A stretch of 64,000 nucleotides of DNA, taken from NCBI GenBank assembly GCA_028023455.1, contig JAQFVV010000003.1, positions 24,986,001-25,050,000 of the forward strand. Reading direction: 5' to 3'. Under the pieces are notes generated by a model that did not search any database, was not told the origin of the DNA, and saw only the letters and a list, made by a program, of their open reading frames with translations. Below are positions 1-13,679 of this stretch, one piece after another; positions within the stretch are counted from its first letter, which is position 1, and each line of letters starts with the position of its first letter. Source of the stretch: Epiperipatus broadwayi (Eukaryota; Animalia; Onychophora). The position numbers and the translations under genes were made by a program.

Positions 1-657
1 ACTTATATGAGTGTTATATAAAACTGTTTCTCCTTGGATGAAATCTGAAGATCTTTATACTGATAACTAAAGATTAGATATGTCATATTTGAAGACATTA
101 ATTTAGCTTTGCAATCAAGGAAACATGCACACACATGTATGTGAGTCTGGATATGATAACTACTACATATTTTCATAGTGTATATATTATAATATGAAAA
201 TGTATAAATATTGTATTTTAGATGTGCGAATGAATATTTCCAGCTCCTCACTGCTAAATTTGATAATAGTATTATCAAATGATTATATTATATCTTCAGT
301 ATGTTATGAATGTAATACAATATAAAATGGCTAATTCTTCCATAAAGTAAGAAGTTCATATAGATATGATTAATATTAGTCTTAAGTCTATAAAAGATTT
401 GGTTTTATAATTAAAAAAAAATGGTTGTGAAATACTTAAAACCTAAAAATATCATAAACATTAGTTTATTCAATGCTTTTCTCTATTTATTCCACTGCTA
501 TCATATGAAATTTAAATAGAGTGATACTAGATATTAATTTAATAATTATTACTATTCCAGTATCTACTGATTACTCAAGCTTACAATAGATCGCAGCAGT
601 GGAATAGAATGATTAAAGAATTTTTCCCTAATATATAATATACTCCATTTATAATAG

Positions 658-1816
658 CTTACAAACCAGAACAACTCTTCCTATTAATAGTGTAATGGAA
701 TATTAATATTCTGCATAAAAACAACCAATTTTCTATTTAACACAGAATTCTTCCAACAAAATTGTCACCCTTGATTAGCAATATTTACATGAAAGAACTT
801 GAAATCACAGCCATAAATACTACTCCATATCCACCTAAACTTTGGCTTCGCTATATAGATGATACATTTGTTGTACAGTCACATGGTAGAGCACTACTAC
901 AAAATTTCTGGAAACACATCAACAACATATTGCCTTTAATTAAATTCACAATAGAATCAAAACAAAAACAAAAATGGTCATTCTTAGATGTTCTTGTGAC
1001 AAAACTCCCTCATGGCAAAATCAAAGCTACAGTTTACCGAAAATCCACACATAGAAAAATACAGCCTATACATCCAATTACATCAGAAACACAAAACATG
1101 GAGTTATACTATCACTATGGAACAGAGCAAAAGAAGTTTGTTCAGAAACCAGTGATTTGAAAAAAGAAAAGATCTATATAGAATAAACTCTTTGGTTATC
1201 CATTAGTTGTTATTACAAAAACCTTAAATAGACAAACAAAAAGAACCATAAAAAAAAAAAAATTATTTATACTGTACATACCAAAAATAGCAGGCAAATT
1301 AAGGAAAATCTGTATATCAGTATAACATCAGAACAGCTTTCCTGAGCCATACCACACTACAAGGATTACTAACATCTACAAAGCCTAAACTTGAAATGCT
1401 GAAAAGAAAAACTGCATTTATGAAATACCATGTGAATGTGAAAGAACATATGTTTGTGAGGCCAGTTGTTCTATTGAAAAGCATTTGCAAAAATTACAAA
1501 CTGATGATTAGAAGAGAGAAAACAGATGTGTCTAAGGTAGTAGCCTATGTAAGTACCAATGAAAATATGTTTAATTGGAAAAATACAAAAATTTTGGATA
1601 GAGAAGAAAAGATACAAAGAAGAAAATTTAAAGAAGCTGCTCACATGATAATGACAAACAATCTCATAAGTCAGCTGTGTAACTATATATAACATATGAA
1701 AACCACTAATCAATTCTACTCTTAGAAAAAGATGGAGAAATCAGGAGAAACCTCATATAAGTATATGAAATTTCTACTCACAGTTGCCTTTGTCAGGATT
1801 GCTCAGTTGGTTAGAG
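658..1816 (+). mobile_element. Penelope-like element (family A), 5'-truncated and frameshifted: RT C-terminal half, GIY-YIG endonuclease and start of the pseudo-LTR
   Basis: ORF 762-1160 has LSPLISNIYM and WLRYIDD (849-863) plus FLDVLV and VYRK, as in PLE RTs. Near 1405-1460 an alternative frame reads ENCIYEIPCECERTYV (GIY-YIG). Followed by ggagaaatc...gttgcctttgtcaggattgctcagttggttagag, shared with 15409-15493. Confidence 0.85.
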
Positions 1817-3769
1817 TTTTAACGGTCAATGAAAAGAGCCTTAAACGTATCCGCACTACACGGGCAACCATCTAGGCATTTGAACCTAGAAAAATTTATA
1901 TAGTAGGCAGATATGTAAGTTAAGATTCAAAAAATTTTCTTATATATATATTATTCTGACCGTTTGCCCAAGGTCACTAGCTCATAGAGTAGCAGAGATT
2001 TTAAACATTTATAAGTTTCAATAGATTTCTGTTCTCAAAGTATATATTAAATATTTAGAACAATAAAATAAAAGAAGCCACTGCCAGTAATTAACACACA
2101 AATAGATTTTTATTAACGCACATTTAAAATTGAGGAATAAATTTATTTTTAGATTTTAACATTAATATTTTTTTTTTAAAATTTAAATTACTATTTTAAA
2201 TAGATCGCCCAGATGGATATTTAAATTATATTTTACTTTAGCATGTCGAGCATAGATAGTCTACATAGATTTTTTTTTTTTTCACTTAAAAACTTATCAA
2301 AACATTCATTCAATCTCAGACTAAAAGTTCGTAGTCAACCCAATGCCTGCTTCCAGATATATAGTCGCAATCAATGCAATATGAAGATGCTAGCATAAAA
2401 CCACGCAGACAGGAATGTGCATCTGACAGCGTGATATTATTTGAAGGAAATGATCTGTGTCTAGAACAGGAAAGTGCATCTGTCAGACTAAGGAATCATG
2501 TATATATATATATTTTTAAAGAGTGCTACTTATGGGGGGAGAGCGGTCTTTCTGCCGACTTATAAATCCCTGTCCATAGAGCTAGAAGGGATTAATGGTG
2601 CAGGAAATACATCTGCAACCATTGCAACGGTATGACTGCCTCTTTGGGGTCATGCATTCAGGTGTTCACGTTGCCTTGTATGCTAAACACGCTTCACATT
2701 ACATTAATATAAACGTCTATATATCTCTCCACTAGCACTGACACATCCACGAAACAAATAGCCTGAAATTAAAATCCCTTAAATTAAACATAAACGAATT
2801 TAAACATAGTTATTAGTCTTTATCCATGCAGCTATCTACACCCAACTTTAAATTTAATACATTTTAGTTAAAACATAATACACACAAAAAAAAATGAAAT
2901 GGAAATGATTGCTTAAACATCTACATAAAAAAATATCAATAATTGAATTTGCATTCTTTAAGTCAGATAAGAGTTCTTATTTTCAGTTATTAATTACTTG
3001 CAATTTTAAGAAAGTTCTTATTAGATAGACACAATAGTTCATACTTTACGGATTTAATAGATGGAGAAGTCCATCTTCGTGATCACTTTCGTAGATTTTG
3101 TCCTTTGAAATGAAACTGCGACTTGCCATGCATTTGGTCAGGAACTGTCATCCAGAGGCCTCAACTGGTTGTCCGGAAAATTAAATTTATTGCAGACTTC
3201 CACATCGTGAAAATCTGCAATATAGCTAGTTATAACGATCTATTCATAGTCAGCTCTAAGATAACAATTATAATAATAATTTGGCTTTTATATTTTTATT
3301 AGTCTCTTATCATTAGATCTTGAGATTCAAACGGCAAGATGTCACTAATCCTCTGGTGTTTCAATTACAGTCCGTGCTGACATTTCTGGTGTTTGCATTG
3401 GTCATTTAATTTCTTTGTACTCTCTTATCTGACCCTTTAATTTATTTTAAATGCCTCAAGGGCCAGTTTGATTTTGAACAATCATTTAATTAATAAGACA
3501 ATCATTTCCATTTTCTAAGATTATAGAAATCAACATTATTTCTATTTTCAAAAATATCAAATCTTTATATCTTTACTTTTTTACAAAAAAATTACTTTCA
3601 AATATTTTTATTTTTTAAAAGTTTTTAAAGTTGTCCATCATGCGATCTATATATATTAAACAACTTTTAATTTTCAGTTTTTAAGTTTTTTTCTTTTTAA
3701 TAAATCAATTTTTATTTACGATCTTTTTATTTTCATTCTAAAATAATGTAACGGCATATATTCCGTTAC

Positions 3770-4036
3770 AGAGTGTTACCTTAAAATTCAGTACTCAAGA
3801 ATCTAAGGGTCCAGGTCGATTCCTATGCTAATACTGTCACTGGTCAGTCCAGCAACACTTGAAGAAGAGGGAAGAATATTACCTCTCGAAACATTGTGCA
3901 TATACTAACAGTTGAATGTATTTGAAATATTTAAATAGTTAATTTTTTCTTAAGACATTCAATACTCATATTAGATGTTGGAAATAGTCTAACATATAAA
4001 TACAACTAAAACACCATCATCCAAAAACCTTCAGGA
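3770..4036 (+). mobile_element. Solo pseudo-LTR of PLE family A (B-box half of the tRNA-like head, hammerhead and tail)
   Basis: Collinear with 15490-15777: agagtgttaccttaaaattc...aagaatctaagg...tactgtcactggtcag...gcaacac...cattgtgcatatactaac...accatcatc..aaaccttcag. Confidence 0.85.
3856..3898 (+). ncRNA. Minimal type-I hammerhead ribozyme relic (family A), C3 mutated
   Basis: cac-TTGAAGA-A-GAGGG/CTCTC stem II-GAAAC-ATT-GTG; CAC/GTG forms helix I. Confidence 0.6.
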
Positions 4037-6088
4037 CAACTCCATTTATATATGTGTGAGTGTCTATTATAACATGCAAATATATATATATGCTGAAAAA
4101 GTTGCAGTTCACACATACCTGATGGATGAGAGTATGTTTACATGTACATACTCGGGATTGTTTCTGCAGACAAATATATTACTTACACACATATATAGTA
4201 TATACACTCATACTTAATAAACTCAAACTATATATGTTTAAAGCAGAATGACATATCCCAAAATATTTCATTAGTTAATGTCTTCCAGAACTCTAAGCTA
4301 GGAAAATATTTTTAACTCCTCACTGATAAATAACATAAAAAACCAGATGTAAATTAAAGATTTGAAATACTTTTAAATGCCATCCTTAACACCTGTCCTG
4401 TCCCAAATGAGGAGCTATTTACCATTCTTACTACTTACTTTTTGGCTTTGTATAATTTTAAATATTTTAATTATGTTTTAATAAGTATTTTCAACAAAAC
4501 GATTTGTAAATTTAATATATGAAAATATATATTTTTTCATAATCTTTAAAATTTTTGTTAAAATGTTAGTATATATAGGAATATAGAGAAGACTTTGGAA
4601 ATGAAAGAGATGGACTGGAAAATAAAATGACAAAATAGATTACTGCTTTCAAGAGAAAACTAAATATAAATAAATAAAATATAAACAAGGGAAGTCATTC
4701 TGTTTTGATATATACTATTATTCTGCCAAAAGATCAAAATGGTTGCAATTAGCTTATAACTGATGTCACTAAAATATACAGATGCTGACCTAATGCCAAA
4801 TGTATAGATAGACAATCATATTGGATTGGATTAAAAATTTTAAAAGTGTTTGAATATTTCAAGTCATTAGTTTGAATAGCAAGCCTTTTATAAATAGAAT
4901 GAAGCTGATATTTAATTATAGTGCAAAAGCAGTGCTGAGGAGGCTAATCAAAAATAAATCAATTAATATTAACATTTGATATTCATTGATTATTAATGCT
5001 TATAAAAATAACTCAGAAGTAAAACATATAAAAAAAAAAAAAACTTTTATCATATATATACATTAGCAACAAAAATTGCATTAGAATAATCCACTCTTTT
5101 TATTTTATCCTGATTCATCTATTCTAATTTTAAATAATTAATGAATTCCAAATAATAATTTCAGACTATTATATTTTATCATGCAGCTACCTTTCCTTTT
5201 CTATATTAATCAACATTAGAACCTGAGATAATCAAGATTAGGACCTGAGATTCCAACATTCTATTTACTCTAAGATGGAGTGTATTATTGCTCAGAACGC
5301 AGATGATATTGAAAGTAATGTGATTATTTGTTTAGCATGAATTATTTTAACGAAAACTGTTTTTTTTTTTTTGGATACGCGAATAAATGGCATTGAGTGC
5401 CATTTTAATTAAATTGCTATTCTCTATTTATATTTTTAAATGTTTTTAAAACAAATTACATTTTAAAATTCGGAGTTTTAACTCTATTTGGATTATCTAT
5501 TGAAGAATGTTTGTAAAGATATAGTGAATACTCATATCAGTCACACACTCTGAGTACATAAACATGAACATTTATCCATTAGGGAATGTAAGAAAAAACT
5601 GGACATTAACCACATAGAGATGCCTTCTACAAAACATTTAAATATGTATAAAGAAAACATTTGCAGATCTCAGAGGGCCAGCCACCATCACAACTTCTCA
5701 CCCTTCACACCCACATTTTACTTTTACTTATTTATTTTTTTATAAAAATGTATAAAACTATTATTATTTTTTAAATATGAATTTTTGCAATGGCTTATTG
5801 GGACCCTTCTTACAAAAGTTATTTATGAAGATTTCACAATTGTAATTTAACTTTGATTTATCTTACACAATAAATTACTTTTTATACAGTGGATTTAGTG
5901 CATTGATAGAGTGTTGGGCTCTGGAATATATATAAAGTCCTCAGATTGATTCCAGTTTTCTCAATTCTGGTACTCAAAATTCTTATGAACTCTCAAGCAA
6001 TCTTATCTTTTTTTAAGTTTCTACCAATATAATTTGTTATATAATGAGTGTTAATAGCTCTTAACAAGCTTTTCTGAATACCCCTCTT

Positions 6089-6127
6089 CCCAGACTGTTT
6101 TCTAGCTGTTGGCTGTCATCAGTGAGG
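6089..6127 (-). ncRNA. Minimal type-I hammerhead (degenerate)
   Basis: Minus strand reads cctca-CTGATGA-CAGC caaca GCTA-GAAAACA-GTC-TGGG. Confidence 0.65.
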
Positions 6128-6173
6128 TGCTAGGATATTCAGACCTTAGATCTAATGATTGAATATCCTAGCA

Positions 6174-6213
6174 TCTTACTGACAACAGCCAATAGTTGGA
6201 AACTAGTCTGGGG
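6174..6213 (+). ncRNA. Minimal type-I hammerhead (G8 to A)
   Basis: tctta-CTGACAA-CAGC caata GTTG-GAA-ACTAGT-C^TGGGG. Stem III ACTAGT is palindromic; predicted GUC cleavage after 6208. Confidence 0.7.
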
Positions 6214-7559
6214 TTAGGGATATTTGGAAAAGTTGTTAAGAGCTATTATGTATGCTCATTATATAACATTTGTAGTACAAGTTTATTAAATTAAATCATG
6301 TGATGAATGACTTGATTTCCTTGCAATCACCAATAGAATTTGCATTTATTTGACCCCTTAAGAAATCATAGTTATTAATTATACTTTAAAGATCTACAGC
6401 CCAGCAACTGCCTTGACTTTAATCTATAAAATTTTTATACAATCATAAGACAAATATATATATATATGTAATGTAATAAAATGTACCACTTTCTTTTTGC
6501 ATTTCTTACAGCAATTTTTATTTTATTTCTTCAGCTGACATGCAACCTTCATCAGAAATCTATAAATATTTTACATTTTATTTTCAAATTATATTTGTAT
6601 ATTATATTTCATAATTTATCAATATCACTTACAATAGATTTTAACTTTTTAAATATATATTTAAAATGATTATAATTGCAACAACACAATTTTCAAATCT
6701 TAATCTTTATATATAAAAAGCAAATCAATAATAACGAATAATTGTAGCTTTAAATATGTGTTTCTTAAGATTGTATTATTAAACTGTCCTCAATATAACC
6801 ACTAATTTTATACCTGATAATTAAACATATTTTTTTTACAATTATATAATAAATATACTCGTTAATTAACTAATTTTGCCTTTTTTTAATGAACAATTAA
6901 ACAAACTGTAAATAAACCTATATTATTTTAAAAACAACATTCCTGTGTATACCTCAGTAATCTATTACGCTTAGAGGGTAGATTAATCCAATTTGTTTCT
7001 GTATTTTAGCTTCCTCTTTTGTCTTGGTCTGTCCTTTATATATGAGAGATTAACAGAGATTAACAAGATAAAACATGGTAATAATATCTTAAAGTAATCA
7101 AGATTTATTTACAGTTTTTTGTTTGATTATTCACTAAAAAAAAATTAGTTACAGTATTTAAGAATACATTGAAATTGAATATATTATTATAAAAATATAT
7201 ATTAAACTACAAAATGTAAAAGTATATATAATATACTTGTATTTAAATAAACTACAAGATATAAAATTAGTAATTATATTAAGGACTGGTAGATAATATA
7301 ATTTTAAAAAAGTTATATTGAAGTATATATTTATTAATTATTAACTATTTGTTTATATATATAAGAAGTTTACAATATATTTATTTACAATTATAATCAT
7401 TTTAAATATACATATAAATTAAAATGTATTGTGGTTGATATTGTCATATAAAATATCTGCCGCTTTCCATTAAAAGATGCAAATAAACCGAAACCGTCAG
7501 AAAATTAAAATAAAATACAAAATTGCTTTAAAAATTACAAAAGAAAATGGTGCATTCTA

Positions 7560-8000
7560 TTATATCATATGGTATTGAGCAATTAAGAGAAGTGAAAACA
7601 TTAATTTGTAAGACAAAAAAAAAATACGAACTTTCAATGAGAGCAAGTTTTACTCATGTAATTAGACACTGTCCAGTATGGTTTAGCACAATAGTTGGTG
7701 ACAAACTCATGAAGTAAAGGTTTCTGAATTTAAGTAAAATCTGTCACTTCTATGCTTGAATGCCACATGACCTCTTAAGCAACTAATATTATTATTGTTA
7801 TTATTATTATAATAATCAGTAGTAGTAATTTACTGAGCACTGATTTTTTAAAACATATATGTCTAGAATTTATGATCAGATTAGCAATTTTAATCACAAT
7901 GATTGATGAACTGCATTGATATTAAGATATATAATCACTTACTTCACATTTAATGGAGAAAAGTCAATGACTCTCAGAACAGAGTGAAAATATGAGATTA
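7560..8000 (+). mobile_element. Probable Tc1/mariner transposase relic
   Basis: 7757-7774 encodes W(TGA)-M-P-H-D-L, resembling the mariner WVPHEL motif. A possible decayed ITGDE(T)W-like stretch lies near 7893-7920. Boundaries are approximate. Confidence 0.35.
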
Positions 8001-11000
8001 TAGCAAAGACAAAAAAGGCAAAGATTATGATATCTGATCACAGCATCTGATTCAAAAATCAAAAATGAAGCAAAGAAGTCATTGTTTTTATTTTCATGGT
8101 TCACTCATTAGCAACAAAAAAATTACCAATTAACAGATGCACTGAAAACTTGGGCAGTTATAACAGAAAAACTAGAAAATATATTTATATGTAATTACGC
8201 ATATGCATCTAAAGATCAGAATTGAACAAGTTATGATTTTTGAAGCCATAATCCATTCTAAACAAAGTCAACTATTATAAGCTTGAGAAATCAATGGAAG
8301 TAAAATGCTACTTCTAATTCTGATGTTTAAAATAAACAGAGAAAGTTATTTGATACTGTTTGGTACAAAATATTTCATATAACTTTCTATAAGTATGAAA
8401 TTTGGACAATGAAAAAAAAAAAATAGAAAGGAATCGATGCTTTTAGGAACAGTGAGATTATCATAACAAAAAAGCTAATAAGAGAATATTAATTCAGATT
8501 AGCCCTGGATTTTTACATTAAGCATAAATAATTAGGTTGAAATTATCTTATTGCAAGATGATCTAACAACAAGAAATTGACTTAATTAATTTCTGGATTT
8601 CCCATGCTTTTACTCCAAATTAAATATAAAAACCCCAATTGTAATTGGAAAAAAACTTTTTTTTTAAAGTGCAAAATAAATATAAACGTTGATTATAAAA
8701 TATTTTTTTATATCTATTATTTAATATTTTGTTTACTTTTCATACATACAAATTACTTATATAAATTTGCACATAAGTAGTATAGAAAAATTATTATTAA
8801 TCTAAACATTTAATTCAAAAACTTTTATTAAATGGATAAAATTACAAAGTATTGTTTAGATTATTGTTTTAATTATTGCCAAATAAAAATTTTGTGCTGA
8901 TATAAATATAAGCTTATAATGTATTTTAAAGTGCTATATTGTCATTAAAAAAAAAAATTTGAACAGGTAGTAAAAAATATTTCATATATTAAATTATAAG
9001 ATAGTAAAATTAATATTCAAATTTTCAGCAAAGTTTGAGTTTGGGGCTTATGATGAGAGAGGGAAGATTTACTGATGAAATCTGAATATTTCACAAATCC
9101 AAGTTACCATAGAACCAGAAAATTCAGATTAATGGTAATCTATTAGTGTATGTGTCTAGTATATGTTAACAAAGCAATATTTGTGTATTTTAATATTGTG
9201 AAAAACTCATTGTAGTTCATGAAGTAATTCTAAATATTGAAATGTTAGAATAATTCATTTTATGAGATGGCAAACAATAGAAACATACATATTGATGAGC
9301 AAGAGTCATTGTTTGGTGTAATATTCTATGTCTGATTATTCAACTTGCATTGAAACAGAGAACTTGGCTTTTAATTATATATTTTTATAATAAAATTTAG
9401 TAATGTATTGGTATAATTTATATATAGCAGTGCATGATTTGCTACAGTGGTAGTTGTAAAATTTGGGACTTAAAGCCCATGGATTGTGACAATATCTTTC
9501 ACTTCAGGAATTCAAATTAATGAACTCCTGAGAAATTATTTATTTACATATACATAATATACGCTTATATATATAATTACATACTTTTGAAATGTATAAG
9601 TTAATTAATGAATTCCTTTTTAAATCACTTGTCAATTAAAATGTGAAATAATATTTAAAATATGACTTTTTTATGGGGGAAAAAGACTTATTAAGCAAAA
9701 GGACGTCCACTTCATTTAGCAGCCATTTGCTTCCAATAAAACAGTTCTTTAGAAAATAAGATATAATTTTTTAAACTATAATAAATTTGTTATTAATAAA
9801 AAAATTAAAAGGATTTGAACAGTAACTTTCAATTGAGAGTAATGGCAGCTGGCCTTATCTTGCCAACAGATGTGGACCTAGGTGGGAGGTACCAAAACTC
9901 TGTCTGGGGTGTGGCAGATCACAAAAGTGTGCCAGCACGCTCCTTTCTCTAAATATTTTTTTTTACTAGTTCTCTTTAAAATGATGTTCTTCTGGCAAAA
10001 TACTTTCTTTCTTTAATATTTGTTCATATGGTATACATACAAATTATAAAGATATAGAATTTTTTTTAAATGCTAAAGAATATAATCAATTTACATAAAA
10101 GCAAATTCATCAATTTACATAAAAGCAGATTACTTATATATATATAAGTTATCTGCTCGAGTCATTTGCGACAACTAGGCAAGAGGACGTAGTAAAATAA
10201 TGCACACATTATAATATATATATATGTTTTCCACTATAAATTAAAGTGCTTTAAGTGTTTACTCCCCCGCCCCCCCAAAAAAAATTCGTTAACTAGGCAA
10301 TAGATATAGTAGAATAATATATTTATAAAGTGTGTAGGTTCTCTATTCAAAAACAGATTGATTATAACTTGCAAAATAACAAGTATACAAGAGATATACA
10401 CATATAATGCATATGTGTGTGTGCTCTGCTTAAAAGCTGTTTATCAAAGCTATACGGTAGAGTTCAGTAAAATAATATACACATTATTATACATATATAT
10501 TCTATATTCAAAGGCAAATTGAAATAATTAGACATCTAAGTATGGTAGAATAAATTTACATTATAACAGGTATTAAAATTATAATTCGATGTCTGTATTT
10601 ATTCAAAGCAATATACGTAATTATATAATTGAATATTTATAAATACAGTAATCTGATTATATTTTAAAAATTTTATCCACTTGGTAGCGCTTTCGATTAT
10701 CCTCCTAGTCTTTGTCAACTAAGACTTTGAAAAGCTAGCCTTCCCACAATTCCATGATCTTAACATTTGCTGCCTGCCTGTAATAATAGGTATATATTAA
10801 AATCTGCTCAAGCATGTTAAGATAACTAAACACTTGAATACATTAGAAGAATTTTTTGGAGATCATAAAATTCTCAAAAATTTTATATGTAACAATGTTT
10901 TTCTTGAAAAATCAAAACAAAATATAAATGTAAAAATTCATATGACCCATGGTAGTTATGTTAGCAGAATATTATCTATGATAAAACAAACATCATTTTA

Positions 11001-12981
11001 ACATCCAACATTTAAAATTAATTTAATCTTGGGATTGTTGCACTGGGTAAAATTCACTCAGTGAAAAAGAACATAAAATTATTATTTTCTAAATTATAAG
11101 TTTCATTATACTCCCTAATCAGTTAAAAAGTATTAGAAGGTCTCATAAAAAAAAAAAAATTTAGTGGAAATTTTTTTTTGAATAGGTTGTGTACCACTGC
11201 CCTAAAAAAAATAGTATATCATAAGGTATACTTTAGCTTTGCTCAAGTATTAGATAACAACATAATAAACAACAATAAAATAATGTTCACATTGCACTGT
11301 TCATATCTTTCAAAGAACTTGAAACAATTACAATTTAGTATTACTTTAAAAAATAGCACTTAATCTTTGTTTATACTAGTTTCCCACTGCTTGCCACTCT
11401 CTTAACATAATTCATTTTAGCATCTTAATAATTAAAGCTGTATTATAAATTTTAATGAATTCTTTATTTCATTAAGTCTCATTTCAGACTACTCTATCTC
11501 ATTATGCATATATTCATTCTTTTAAAAGATGAATCAATTACTATCTTGTGTAAGAGTGGTTAATTGAATTATCAAAAATGTTTGATATCTTTAGTTCACT
11601 AGATAAATAAAGATTGTTTGTGAAATGTATGCATAGTGAGAGAAGGTGTCTGAGTTTTTGTACTGTTTGATGGTTATGATATGAGGACATTGATATGAGA
11701 GAGGTATTGATAAAAAACAAAAAAAAACTTGTAAAATATCTATGCACAGGAATTATTATCCCATCTAAATGTATTAAAAATGTTTAGAAATCAGTCTCTA
11801 ACTCACATAAAACTAGCCTAATGAAAGAATATCAAACACCAACAAAGCATGAATTTCAGATATGTTCTTCACAAGATTCATGCATAGTGAAAGAGGATGG
11901 TCTGAGTTTTGGCATGGTGGAATTGAAATGAGGGATGCCCTAATAATAATAAAAATAACTAAAAAATATTGTCATATTGTTTATAATTTTCTACAGAAAA
12001 AAAAATCAATAATCAAGGCAATATATCCTATTGTAAAGTATGTGAAAAGAAAATCTTAAATAAACAATTGCAGAGCAAAAACCTATTTAACATCTAACTA
12101 TAGAGGTATGATGAAAAAGCATACATGATTTAGTGGACTAGTTAGTCATTTTCAAATCAAATGATGATGGTTTCCATATTATTATTCCCTTCCAGCTAAT
12201 AATATTTAAACACCCATTTACTGTTAAATGCTTAATATATTATATTAGGAAAATGTGAAATTTTTTCCAAAATTTCAGACATTTTCAAAGCTAGACAGAA
12301 TTTGTGCATACTGGGTATACCTCAAAAATCATAGTGCCGTTTTAACATTTCTTGTATTCAAAAGTATAAATGCTGCAGAATATAAACTTATATCGTGGTT
12401 TGTCTGAGAGTTCAAACAGCTTTCAAGAATTACTTTCTTCATAATTTTAAAATCAAAATATCTGCCAGGTATTTCTTACCATCGTCTTAGGGTTTTATTT
12501 CATAAAATTATTTTAATACATATTTCTATTGCATTTCTGGTAATGCTTGACATCCAAAAAATAGTGACAATACATGTGTTTCTGTTTTTTTTTTTTTTTT
12601 GTCCAATTCAATCGTGTGCTAAGTAATCTAAAGAGTGAAATTTTTTTTAAGTGGCAGCACGTAGACTAGGTAGTAAAATAAATGACCGCCTGATAGACAA
12701 ATTAATTATGAAAAATGTCTCCAGATACAATTGATGAGTCCAGAGCCTATAATGCTTGCAATAAACTAACTCGTTGAATAAAAGATAATAAATAATAAAG
12801 AACGATTACTTATGATTTAAATATTGTAATATAAAATTAAAGTAAAAGATCGCTTAACAGAATTTCTAAATCTGCTTTAAAGTTATAACTTGATCGATCT
12901 TCAGTTTTAAGACTAATCTTTAAAGACTTAAGTCTTTTTTTTTAAAAAAAAAAAAAAAAATATCTAAATTTTTCTCCTCAC

Positions 12982-13117
12982 TCTAGAAAAAAAAATGTTG
13001 GCAACATTCCGGCTTGCTGCCAAATGATGACCTTTCATCTTTGAACTTGAACTAACAGGAAATGAGTCTACACCAGATATGATGTCAACATCAGCTGTTT
13101 CATTCAAATTAGAGGAG
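12982..13117 (-). CDS. Candidate isolated internal host exon (SSNLNETADVDIISGVDSFPVSSSSKMKGHHLAASRNVANIFFSR), function unknown
   Basis: Minus strand: cccttttacag acceptor, 136 nt open in one frame, gtgagg donor, higher GC than the flanks. No homology recognised and no partner exons established. Confidence 0.25.
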
Positions 13118-13679
13118 CTGTAAAAGGGTTTTAAATTGATTTCACTAAAATATTTTCACTTTTTATGTTGAATTATGGTATTAATTTTCAAACTAAATAA
13201 CATTCAATTACTTATTTTTTTAATTTAAAATTATCAGTAAAATTACAAATATCCGAGGAAAATAGAAAGGTCCGACGCGAAAGAGAGAGGTTTACTATAC
13301 CGTACTCTCATTAGCAAATACAGCCAACAAATGAGGAAATACATACTAGGCAAAACAAATAATTTATATTATCATTAATAGCAAAAACTAACATTATATG
13401 CATATTAAAGATTTATTTCAAATATTTTTTAGTATACTAAAAGTGGATTTAGAAAATATTTTTAGATAACGAAAAATTATAAAAATAAATTCAACTTATT
13501 TCCACGTTATCAGTATCTAAGCAACCCAGACAGCTATTTTTATTAATTAATTTCCATACGATATATTGAGCTCCTATATTTTTTCCCCCCTATTTAATCT
13601 TATCCAATAACTTCACCTATATATAGACTTTTTCTTAAGTTACTCTAAGACTTTTTCATATTGAAATTCCAGCTTAGGG

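Larger units (their letters stand above)
6037..6328. mobile_element. Fold-back non-coding insertion (family B-related) with two outward-facing hammerheads and a 14-bp TSD
   Basis: Inverted arms about 6035-6141 and 6160-6268. Direct repeat accaata(t/g)aatttg at 6023-6036 and 6329-6342. Confidence 0.8.

Noticed and set aside
2570-3410. Exon-like GC-richer patches (2580-2630, 2690-2760, 3061-3220, and 3317-3409 encoding ...RFKRQDVTNPLVFQLQSVLTFLVFALVI*)
   Set aside because: Splice-site-like signals exist on both strands, frames contain stops, and no consistent gene model or recognisable protein emerged. RNA-seq would be needed.
11610-11960. Two similar segments (atgcatagtga.aga.g...tctgagtttt) about 250 bp apart
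   Set aside because: An old local duplication or TE relic with no identifiable family, structure or TSD.
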